The notes beneath the pieces are model-generated. The model was not told the DNA's origin, did no database searches, and saw only the letters and a program-made list of their open reading frames with translations. A program made the translations under genes and the position numbers. This document shows positions 28,465 through 36,402 of a stretch of 64,000 nt of DNA, one piece after another. Location: the NCBI GenBank assembly GCA_964590345.1, contig CAZPVP010000001.1, positions 131,954-195,953 on the forward strand. The letters are read 5' to 3'. Each line of letters starts with the position of its first letter. Position 1 is the first letter of the stretch. Origin of the DNA: an uncultured Gammaproteobacteria bacterium. Lineage in GTDB: Bacteria; Patescibacteriota; Patescibacteriia; CAIXNZ01.

Positions 28465-29658
28465 TTACATCATCTTTTTTCTAATAAAAGCTGGTATATC
28501 TAAATCTTCTTCTGACTTTTCTTCATCTTTTTTTGAGCTGGAAATTTTATAATCCTCTTTTTTCTCTTCTTTCTTTTTTGTTTCTTCTTCCTCTTGTTTC
28601 TCAGTTTTTTCTTTTTCGCTCTCTTCAACTAAAAATTGGCTGGGTTTATAAGAAGCAGCTTTTTCTGTAAATGTCTTATTATTTTCATTCTCTTTATTAC
28701 TTTTTATATTTTTATCAAAACCTGTTGCGATTACGGTTAACTTCGCCTCATCGCCCAAGTTTTTATCAATAATTGCTCCAAAAATAATTTTCGCATTCTC
28801 ATCAGCTGAAGCAGTAATTACTTTAGCTGCCTCATTAACTTCGTGCATGCTTAAATCAGGTCCGCCAGCAACAATAAATAAAACGCCTTTAGCGCCATCC
28901 ATAGAAAGCTCCAATAACGGACTGGAAATGGCTGATTTAGCTGCCTCAACCGCTCGACTATCACCATTTGCCTGTCCCATGCCCATTAAAGCCGTGCCTT
29001 GCTCTCTCATGATAGATTTAACATCAGCAAAATCAACATTGATCAAACCAGGTACAGTAACCAAATCTGAAATTCCTTGAATGGCATGTCTCAAAACATC
29101 ATCAACAATAGCAAAAGCTTCCAATAAAGAAGTCTTTTTATCAATTATTTGTAGTAATCTATCATTTTGAACAGTAATTAAAGTATCTACTTTGTCAGAC
29201 AATTGCTCCCAAGCTTTATCAGCGATTTCTTTTCTTTGCGCTCCCTCAAAAGAAAAAGGCTTTGTCACTACAGCGACAGTTAAAGCTCCTAATTCTCTGG
29301 CAATATCGGCAATAACAGGCATACTCCCACTACCAGTGCCGCCGCCCAAACCACAAGTAATAAAAACCATATCAGCATCTTTTAAGACTTCCCTGAGATC
29401 ATTTTGTGATTCTTCAGCAGCTTTAGCCCCTAATTCTGGATCCATGCCTGCGCCAAGACCTCGAGTAACTGTCTTGCCGATATGAAGCTTTTTATTAGCT
29501 TGCGAATAATGCAAATCCTGAACATCAGTATTAACGCTAATAAATTCTACCCCTCTTATTTGCGCATCTATCATTCTGTTTACAGCTGAACAACCGCCGC
29601 CGCCGACTCCCATTATTTTTATCTTGGCAAAAGTTTCTATTTCTGGTTTTATTTCCAT
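28465..29658 (-). CDS. ftsZ: Cell division GTPase FtsZ
   Basis: Tubulin signature GLGGGTGSGSMP, a T7 loop, and an acidic/K-rich C-terminal tail. 397 aa. Confidence 0.95.
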   Translation of the reverse strand: MEIKPEIETFAKIKIMGVGGGGCSAVNRMIDAQIRGVEFISVNTDVQDLHYSQANKKLHIGKTVTRGLGAGMDPELGAKAAEESQNDLREVLKDADMVFITCGLGGGTGSGSMPVIADIARELGALTVAVVTKPFSFEGAQRKEIADKAWEQLSDKVDTLITVQNDRLLQIIDKKTSLLEAFAIVDDVLRHAIQGISDLVTVPGLINVDFADVKSIMREQGTALMGMGQANGDSRAVEAAKSAISSPLLELSMDGAKGVLFIVAGGPDLSMHEVNEAAKVITASADENAKIIFGAIIDKNLGDEAKLTVIATGFDKNIKSNKENENNKTFTEKAASYKPSQFLVEESEKEKTEKQEEEETKKKEEKKEDYKISSSKKDEEKSEEDLDIPAFIRKKMM

Positions 29659-29684
29659 ATGGGTTAGTAAATTGGTTGATTAGC

Positions 29685-29704
29685 CCCAAGGGGGTCCCTT
29701 TGGG
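29685..29704. repeat. 20-bp near-perfect palindrome CCCAAGGGGGTCCCTTTGGG in the ftsA-ftsZ spacer. It is a second copy of the element inserted in the tRNA-Pro T-loop.
   Basis: Direct reading. It differs by one central base from the minus-strand insertion CCCAAGGGGATCCCTTTGGG in tRNA-Pro (63276..63297). It lies ~25 nt upstream of the ftsZ start codon. Confidence 0.7.
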
Positions 29705-29894
29705 ATAAATTAATTTATTAGGTAATGGTTAATCTAATTTTTTATATAAATTTTTCCTTTCCCTAATTTACCAATATACCGATTACCTAATAATCTTATT
29801 TTTATTGTACCATTTATTTAAAATTATGCAAGTCTTTTTTGCACAGCTTTGGACACATTTTTTGTTCATACAAATTTACAAAAAATAAAAGAAT

Positions 29895-31139
29895 TTACGG
29901 CATTAAAGATTTGAACCATTTTTTCATTTTGTTTGTTACGCCTGCTACGCTTTTAAAACGAGAGATGCCTTTACGCTGACCTTTTAATTGGTTTCCCCAT
30001 TTTACTAAGCCTATCGCAGTAGTAAAAGATAAATCATTCACTTTATCAATAACACTAACAATATCATAAGGATAGCCCAAAGAAGCTGGCAACCTTAATT
30101 TCTTCTTCGTTGCTTCAATTATCTTAGGCAATTTAGCGCCTGAACCTGTTAAAATCGCTCCGGCAGGTAAAGCTCCGCTTCTCTCTGTTTTTTTTAGTTC
30201 TTCATCAACTTTTTCCATAATCTCTTCTACGCGAGCTTCAATTATTTCAGCTAAATATTTTTTGCTAATCAAGCCTTCTTCATTTTCATCAAATTCTTTC
30301 AAATCAAATTCATCTTTTTTATCTAATCCTTTAGTCATGGCTATACCATGTTTTAATTTTATCTCTTCAGCTACATCAATAGACGTCCTTAAGCCAATGG
30401 CAATATCAGAAGTAATGTGTTCAGAGCCAATCGGTAAAATTACTGCACTTAACAAATCTCCTTGTTCAAAAACTGCTATACTGGTTGTTGCTCCGCCAAT
30501 ATTAATGACTACAACGCCTAATTCTTTTTGGCGTTTTGTTAAGACTGCCTCACTCGTAGCTAAAACTGATAAAACCAAATCTTCAATATCCAAACCTGTC
30601 TGATAAATGCATTTAGTCAGATTTTTAACCTGGGAGCTTAAACCTTCAATTATATATGTCTCAACTTCCAAACGTACACCGGTCATGCCGATGGGATCCT
30701 TAATATTGGTCTGGCCGTCAACAGTAAAGCTTTTAGGAATAACATGCAAAATTTCATAATTTGGCGGAGTTGTTACTGTCCTGGCTGCTTCAATAGCTCT
30801 TTCCACATCTTCCTCTCTAATTTCGCCGTCAGTTTTTGAAACAGCAACAACGCCCTTGCTGATTTGAGAAGTTATATGACCGCCAGAAATGCTTACCCAG
30901 GCTTGTTCAATGGGCAAACCAATCAATTTCTCTGTTTTATCCAGGGCCTTGCTTACGCTTTCTACTGCGTCTTCAATGCTCGTAATAACTCCTCTGTTAA
31001 TTCCTTCGGCTGCTTCTTCAATTGCGCCGATAATATGTAATTTTTGTTGTTTTTCCTCGCCAATGGTTCTTTGGCCGACTGCAATTTTAACCGATGTTGA
31101 ACCAATGTCAAGACCAACAATTATTTCTTCTTGCGACAT
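29895..31139 (-). CDS. ftsA: Cell division protein FtsA
   Basis: Actin-like ATPase with IVGLDIGSTSVKIAVGQ N-terminus, and it lies immediately upstream of ftsZ. 414 aa. Confidence 0.9.
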   Translation of the reverse strand: MSQEEIIVGLDIGSTSVKIAVGQRTIGEEKQQKLHIIGAIEEAAEGINRGVITSIEDAVESVSKALDKTEKLIGLPIEQAWVSISGGHITSQISKGVVAVSKTDGEIREEDVERAIEAARTVTTPPNYEILHVIPKSFTVDGQTNIKDPIGMTGVRLEVETYIIEGLSSQVKNLTKCIYQTGLDIEDLVLSVLATSEAVLTKRQKELGVVVINIGGATTSIAVFEQGDLLSAVILPIGSEHITSDIAIGLRTSIDVAEEIKLKHGIAMTKGLDKKDEFDLKEFDENEEGLISKKYLAEIIEARVEEIMEKVDEELKKTERSGALPAGAILTGSGAKLPKIIEATKKKLRLPASLGYPYDIVSVIDKVNDLSFTTAIGLVKWGNQLKGQRKGISRFKSVAGVTNKMKKWFKSLMP

Positions 31140-31220
31140 TTTTTACTTTAATTATGAATTATGAATGCCGACCTCCGAATAAATCAACATTTCAGCTTTC
31201 AGCATTCAGATTTCATAATT

Positions 31221-31580
31221 CTACTTAAAAATATAAGGTAAAAATATTAAAACGCCTATTATCAAAGCCGCCAAAGCGCCTATAAAAACTAGAGCCGAAC
31301 CCATATCCTTAATATCTTTTACATACTGGTGCATTCTTGGCTTAAGCAAATCAATCAGCCTTTCAAAAACGCTGTTTATAATTTCTAAAATCAAAACCAA
31401 GGCAATAACCAAAATTAATATTATAAACTGCCAAACTGCAATCTGAAAATAAATAGCTAAAACCAAAACAATTATAGTAAAAATCAAATGAATGCGAAAA
31501 TTTTGTTCTTCCCAAAAAACTTTTTTCAAGCCGGCAAAGGCATACTCAAAACTTTTTTTCAATCTTTTTAATTTAACCAT
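31221..31580 (-). CDS. dgkA: Diacylglycerol/undecaprenol kinase (prokaryotic DgkA family)
   Basis: 119 aa with three TM helices and the characteristic N-terminal FEYAFAGLK..EQNFRIH motif. Confidence 0.75.
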   Translation of the reverse strand: MVKLKRLKKSFEYAFAGLKKVFWEEQNFRIHLIFTIIVLVLAIYFQIAVWQFIILILVIALVLILEIINSVFERLIDLLKPRMHQYVKDIKDMGSALVFIGALAALIIGVLIFLPYIFK

Positions 31581-32022
31581 AAATTTTATTCATGATTTTA
31601 TCTTGTAATTTTTTCATTTTTAAATAATCCGCCTTTTTTTCATCACCATAACCCAAAAGATGCAAAAATCCATGAATCAATAATAAGCTGAATTCCCTTT
31701 TTAACGATTGGCCATAATTTTTTGCCTGTCTTTTTGCCTGCGGATAGCAAATAAAAATATCACCCAAATAATTATTTTCGGTTTCAGGCAAAATTAGTTC
31801 TTGCCCCTCTTTTTGGCTAAAAGCTAAAACATCTGTAATTTTGTCTTTATTCTTATATTTTTTATTTAACGAACGGATTTTTTTGTCTCCTACTAACAAA
31901 ACGGTTAATTCAAAATCTTTAAAAATTTTTAATTCAGCTGCTGCCCGGCTGATATTTTTTTCTACAAATGCCTGATTAAAAGGGGTTTTGCTTTTACTTT
32001 TATTGTAAAAATTACAAACCAT
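31573..32022 (-). CDS. ybeY: rRNA maturation endoribonuclease YbeY
   Basis: HGFLHLLGYGDE is the H..H.....H-type zinc-binding motif. 149 aa. It overlaps dgkA by 8 nt, as in many genomes. Confidence 0.85.
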   Translation of the reverse strand: MVCNFYNKSKSKTPFNQAFVEKNISRAAAELKIFKDFELTVLLVGDKKIRSLNKKYKNKDKITDVLAFSQKEGQELILPETENNYLGDIFICYPQAKRQAKNYGQSLKREFSLLLIHGFLHLLGYGDEKKADYLKMKKLQDKIMNKIYG

Positions 32023-32034
32023 AAATCTTACAAT

Positions 32035-33099
32035 TTATTCTTCAGCTTCTGCTGGCTGCTCTGCTTCAGCTTGCTCTAATACCAAGAAACTGTTAATCAT
32101 CATCTTAAAAGTGGTTAAAAAATTCACTTTTGTTTTATTGCCAATATTATAGGTAATAATATAGATTGTTGATAAATCGTCTTTATCAGCTAAATAATAA
32201 GTTAACTTATCCGGACTAATCAAAGCGTCATAACCCTTTTTGGTTGTTTCTCTTTCCAGCTGTCTGACATCAGTTGAAGGTGATTGGTCTATATACCATT
32301 CAACTAAATCTAATCCGTTCGGATTATATCCCATTAAAACCTGAATGTATTCACCGGTAGCGGACTGAAAAATAATTTCTGTTAAGCTTTGATCCGTCGG
32401 CCGAGCCAGCCAATTCGCCAAATGCAAAATCTCATAATTAAAGATGGGATTTGTATATTTGTTGACCAAACCTGAAAGTTTCAGCAAAGAAGAACCAGCG
32501 GCTTTTGGATTATAGCCATTAATAATTTCCTGACCGTCAATAAAGCCATCAGCATCTGTATCTGGTTTTCTTTTTTCTGTTCCGTATAATTCTTCTTCCA
32601 CGTCAGTCAGGTCATCTTTATCTGAATCTAAACTGCTTGAATAAGTTATTGGCGAAGGTGGCTGTGGCGCATTAATATTAACATTTTCATTAATGTTCTG
32701 GTTAATATTTTCGTTGGCATTAATATTTTCATCGGCATTTACATTCTCGTTTTCATTAATATTTTCATTAACATTTACATTTTCGTTAATATTTTCGTTT
32801 TCATTTTCGTTTTCATTAATATTTGCTGGCGCTTGCTGATTAAGATTAGCTGGTTGTGAAGGCTGCATCGGCTGTTCTTGGTCCATTTGGCTAATTAAAT
32901 AAAAAGCGCCGAGCGCTACTCCGCCCAAAACTGCCAGTATTATGCCTGTAATTAAAATCCACCGTCCTATGCCTTTTTTCTTAACAGCCAAAAACTTATG
33001 AAATTTTTCCGGCATCACGCGAATTTCATAGGGCTCTACCTTTGGTTTGATTTCTTTTGCTGGCTCTTTTTTTTCTTTTTTGTTTTTACCAAAAAGCAT
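32035..33099 (-). CDS. Membrane-anchored protein with an Asn/Glu-rich hexapeptide-like repeat region and a TSP3-like Ca-binding motif (354 aa)
   Basis: One TM helix (WILITGIILAVLGGVALGAFYLI). Low-complexity stretch NENENENENINENVNVNENINENENVNADENINANENINQNINENVNINA, encoded by tandem hexanucleotides. DTDADGFIDGQEIINGYNP motif. Paralogous in architecture to 33228..33959. Confidence 0.65.
   Translation of the reverse strand: MLFGKNKKEKKEPAKEIKPKVEPYEIRVMPEKFHKFLAVKKKGIGRWILITGIILAVLGGVALGAFYLISQMDQEQPMQPSQPANLNQQAPANINENENENENINENVNVNENINENENVNADENINANENINQNINENVNINAPQPPSPITYSSSLDSDKDDLTDVEEELYGTEKRKPDTDADGFIDGQEIINGYNPKAAGSSLLKLSGLVNKYTNPIFNYEILHLANWLARPTDQSLTEIIFQSATGEYIQVLMGYNPNGLDLVEWYIDQSPSTDVRQLERETTKKGYDALISPDKLTYYLADKDDLSTIYIITYNIGNKTKVNFLTTFKMMINSFLVLEQAEAEQPAEAEE
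32671..32822. repeat. Imperfect tandem hexanucleotide repeat (ATTTTC/ATTAAT-type units) inside the coding sequence
   Basis: Direct reading of the sequence: about 25 consecutive 6-nt units encode the N-E/N-V/N-I dipeptide repeats. Coordinates approximate. Confidence 0.7.
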
Positions 33100-33227
33100 A
33101 AAATTTATTAAATTCTAAATTCTAATATCCAAATCCCAAACAATATCTAAATCCAAAATTCTAATGTTTAAAATAAGTATTTAGAATTTAAAATTTATTT
33201 AGGATTTAGAATTTCGTACTTAATGTT

Positions 33228-33959
33228 TTATTCAGTCGGTGGCACCAAAAGCCGGCCCGGACCATTTGGGTCATAACCATTGCGAACTTCTTCTCCGTCA
33301 TTAAAACCATCGCCATCAGTGTCCGGATCAAGCGGATTAGTCCCGTAAATTTCTACTTCTTCCTGATCAAAAAGCCCGTCATTATCAGTATCAGCATTTA
33401 ATGGATTGGTGCCCAAAGCTTCTTCTTCCTCATCAGTCAAACCGTCATTATCACTGTCTACAGCTGGCGCGGCATTAACATTGGCATTGGCATTAGCATT
33501 GGCATTGGCGTTGGCGTTAGCATTGGCATTGGCGTTAATATTGGCATTGGTGTTAACATTGGCATTGGCATTAGCATTGGCATTGGCATTAACATTGGCA
33601 TTGGGTGTTGGCTCTGGCTGCTGAACAAAACTCAAATATGCCAAGACTCCGCCGACAATTAATAAGATAACAATTACCACAATTAAAATAATTAAAATGA
33701 CCCTTTTACTCTTGCCTATTTTTGGCATTTGGGGCGGTTTGGTCGTGCCTTCACCAGCAGCCTTGCCAGCAGCTGGACTGCCAGTATCAATACCGGCAAA
33801 AATATCTTCGGGTTCGCCAGCTGGTTTGGCTGATTCTGGCCGAGGGCTTTGATCTTGCCCGCCAGCTGGTGCTGCTGAAGGGCTTGACCCTGATGGTTGA
33901 GGACCAGATGGTGTCTGCTCTCTTTCTCCCCCTGATCTTTGTTCTGGTTTGTCAAACAT
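33228..33959 (-). CDS. Membrane-anchored protein with an Asn-Ala dipeptide repeat and tandem TSP3-like Ca-binding repeats (243 aa)
   Basis: TM helix ([23 protein letters not shown]). [42 protein letters not shown] repeat. [58 protein letters not shown] fits the thrombospondin type-3 pattern. Confidence 0.7.
   Translation of the reverse strand: MFDKPEQRSGGEREQTPSGPQPSGSSPSAAPAGGQDQSPRPESAKPAGEPEDIFAGIDTGSPAAGKAAGEGTTKPPQMPKIGKSKRVILIILIVVIVILLIVGGVLAYLSFVQQPEPTPNANVNANANANANANVNTNANINANANANANANANANANANVNAAPAVDSDNDGLTDEEEEALGTNPLNADTDNDGLFDQEEVEIYGTNPLDPDTDGDGFNDGEEVRNGYDPNGPGRLLVPPTE
33478..33606. repeat. Near-perfect tandem hexanucleotide repeat (GCATTG/GCGTTG)n of about 21 units inside the coding sequence
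   Basis: Direct reading: gcattggcattggcattagcattggcattggcgttggcgttagcattggc..., encoding (NA)n. This is a likely length-variable simple sequence repeat. Confidence 0.8.
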
Positions 33960-33996
33960 AAAATAATTTTGTTAATTTTTAAATAAATTTTTTATC

Positions 33997-34533
33997 TTAT
34001 TGGTTTAAAGCTTGAATGCATTCTTCGGTTTGACAAAAATTAATTTGAGTAACCTGACTAACACACCGCTCAATTAAATTATCTATATTTATCTCATAAC
34101 AAGGATCTGCGCTTTTTTCTTCTAAAGCTTTATTTTTATAAACAATAAAAACACACCTGTTTTTGTCTGTTTCATTTTCAATATTTTGGCAAACAGAGCT
34201 GTCTCCCAGATCAACGGCTATTTTTTCAAAACACAAATCGCGCGTACCTGCAGAATCTATCTCATTGCATAATTCAAAATCTTTTTTTTCTAAAGCTGTC
34301 TCATATTTATTAACTTGCTCTAGCCGCTTATTCCTAAGTTCTTCCTGGCTCAAATCTGCTGATTCTGCTGGTTCTGATTTAGGCTCAGACTTTGTTTCTA
34401 AAACTGTTTTTTTAGCTTCTTTTTCATCTTCAAATAATATAGGCACAAAAACAAATACAATAACTAAAATAATAGCTATTATCACGGCTATCAAAATTAA
34501 AATTAATTTGTTTTGGCTGAAAAAATTTGGCAT
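33997..34533 (-). CDS. Small membrane-anchored cysteine-rich protein (178 aa)
   Basis: N-terminal TM helix (LILILIAVIIAIILVIVFVFVPILF). Extracytoplasmic domain with 8 Cys. Confidence 0.55.
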   Translation of the reverse strand: MPNFFSQNKLILILIAVIIAIILVIVFVFVPILFEDEKEAKKTVLETKSEPKSEPAESADLSQEELRNKRLEQVNKYETALEKKDFELCNEIDSAGTRDLCFEKIAVDLGDSSVCQNIENETDKNRCVFIVYKNKALEEKSADPCYEINIDNLIERCVSQVTQINFCQTEECIQALNQ

Positions 34534-34550
34534 AAAATAAATTTTAGAAT

Positions 34551-36275
34551 TTAAGATGAAGGCGGAGTATAAGAAATAATTACTGGTTTGGTTAAATCAA
34601 GAATTTCTTGTCCTTCATAAACGCCATCTGGACCTGGTTCTTTTAAAAACCAACTATCTATACCATCAATAAATTTTGGTTCTATTATCATAGACCAGCT
34701 GGTATCTAAATTAGCTATCTCAAACATCCCTCCATCAGTACAACACTTGAACCATTCCCAATCAGCTGGCCAGTCTTTTTCATCATCAGCACTAAATTCA
34801 GAGCCATCGTCATCAGCTACTGCTACTACTGCCATATCCCAACCTGTCCTTGAAAAATCAAACTTAACACGACCACCACCCTCATCTGTTTTATCGTCTA
34901 AAATAATCGTACAATCATTATTTTCACCAATATTTGGCACATCATGAATAAAGCCCAAGCTCATCATATCATCACTACCATCAATATACGCAAAAATATT
35001 GCTGCGATCAGGATAAACCATATCATATTCTACTACATTACTTGAATTCGGACAGCTTGTTGTTGAATCATCACACTCACCCCCATAACAATAAAATCCA
35101 CTAGCACTTTTTTCAGTAACATATGGTCTAATTTTGGCTGAAAAATCAGTCTCTAGCTGAGTAACTTCTAGTTCTACACACGATCCTTTATAATCATAAC
35201 AGTCATCGCAAAGATCACCAATACCGTCCCCATCAACATCATCCTGGTTAGGATTAGAAATTCCTGGACAATTATCCAAAGAATCAGCAACTCCGTCTTC
35301 ATCAGTATCATCAGGAAATGGAAGCCGATAACCATTAAATTTACTGCCCTGCCAAGTCATCTCATCATTTGCGTTAATAACACAAGTATTGCCTTCAACA
35401 TGATTACCATCACTGCAATCAACCACTCTTTCAGTTATACTTACCGACTCATCCTGCGCGCAAAAGCCAATGTCGTCACAATAATCGCCAATACTAATAT
35501 CTTGGTCATTTTTACAGTCAGAATCATAATTATCACATTTCCTGTTATAAACTGTTTTTAATATTCCGCCAGTAACTGCTTGGCCATTGTCAATAGAACT
35601 TGTTATTACCTCAATAAACTTCTTTTCAATAACCTCTGGAGTGCGATCAACAACACACCAGGCATTTAATCTCATTCCTTTGCCAAAAACCGGGGTATCC
35701 ACTTCGCTGTTTAATAAATTTACTGACCGCTTATAATCCCGCATCTCATTGCCCGGAGGCACTACTTTTGGATCTCGCCAGCTGTCTGGCTCATTAAAAT
35801 CATTAATTGCCCAATAAATGCCTTGAGAAAAAAATGGCTGTCCATCAACAATTGATTCATCTAAGCTCGCTTTACAACTGCTATCATCACACTGATATTC
35901 TACTAATGTTAATAATTCTTCCACTGTGGGCAGACGAAACATGCCAGCTGGTTCTAAATCAGCACAAGCATCATAAGCTTCCTGCCAAGTATAGCCGGGC
36001 TCTAATTCTGCTGTTTCTAAATTTTCTGCGCTATCATAATAAGTAGGCAATTCATGACGCGCCCAGACCAAGCCAGTACATTCATCCTTCATGGTTAGGG
36101 CATTAACATTAACATCAACAAAACCAGGACAGTCTTTATCTTTAATCTCTTTAAGATATTCTTTTAACACCCAGTCTGTTTCAACCACTTCAGCCCAAAT
36201 GTTGCAGCCAACAAAGCCAAAACTAATAATAATTATTATTAAAATATAAATTTTAAACCAATGAAAATTTTTCAT
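34551..36275 (-). CDS. Secreted cysteine-rich protein with a DUF1566 (Lcl C-terminal-like) domain and thrombospondin type-3 repeats (574 aa)
   Basis: Signal peptide. ECTGLVWARHELPTYYDS...YTWQEAYDACADLEPAGMFRLPTVEELLTL matches DUF1566 (D..TGL.W....W..A...C..L...G..WRLPT..EL..L). DTDEDGVADSLDNCPGISNPNQDDVDGDGIGDLCDDC is a textbook TSP3 repeat. Confidence 0.7.
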   Translation of the reverse strand: MKNFHWFKIYILIIIIISFGFVGCNIWAEVVETDWVLKEYLKEIKDKDCPGFVDVNVNALTMKDECTGLVWARHELPTYYDSAENLETAELEPGYTWQEAYDACADLEPAGMFRLPTVEELLTLVEYQCDDSSCKASLDESIVDGQPFFSQGIYWAINDFNEPDSWRDPKVVPPGNEMRDYKRSVNLLNSEVDTPVFGKGMRLNAWCVVDRTPEVIEKKFIEVITSSIDNGQAVTGGILKTVYNRKCDNYDSDCKNDQDISIGDYCDDIGFCAQDESVSITERVVDCSDGNHVEGNTCVINANDEMTWQGSKFNGYRLPFPDDTDEDGVADSLDNCPGISNPNQDDVDGDGIGDLCDDCYDYKGSCVELEVTQLETDFSAKIRPYVTEKSASGFYCYGGECDDSTTSCPNSSNVVEYDMVYPDRSNIFAYIDGSDDMMSLGFIHDVPNIGENNDCTIILDDKTDEGGGRVKFDFSRTGWDMAVVAVADDDGSEFSADDEKDWPADWEWFKCCTDGGMFEIANLDTSWSMIIEPKFIDGIDSWFLKEPGPDGVYEGQEILDLTKPVIISYTPPSS

Positions 36276-36402
36276 AAAAAAATATTTAAATTTTTAATTT
36301 CTCTCAATACGGCGGACAAAACAACCTGCCAATCTATTAAAATAAAATTCTAAGAGTAAAATCCATTAGCCACTGCCGAATGCCCAATACCCAATGCCTA
36401 AT

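Noticed and set aside
31140-31220. Imperfect inverted repeat (ATGAATGC...GCATTCAGAT) and TTCATAA direct repeats upstream of ftsA
   Set aside because: The stem is short and mismatched. It is most likely just an AT-rich promoter/SD region (GGAGG 20 nt upstream of the ftsA ATG). It is not reported as a feature.
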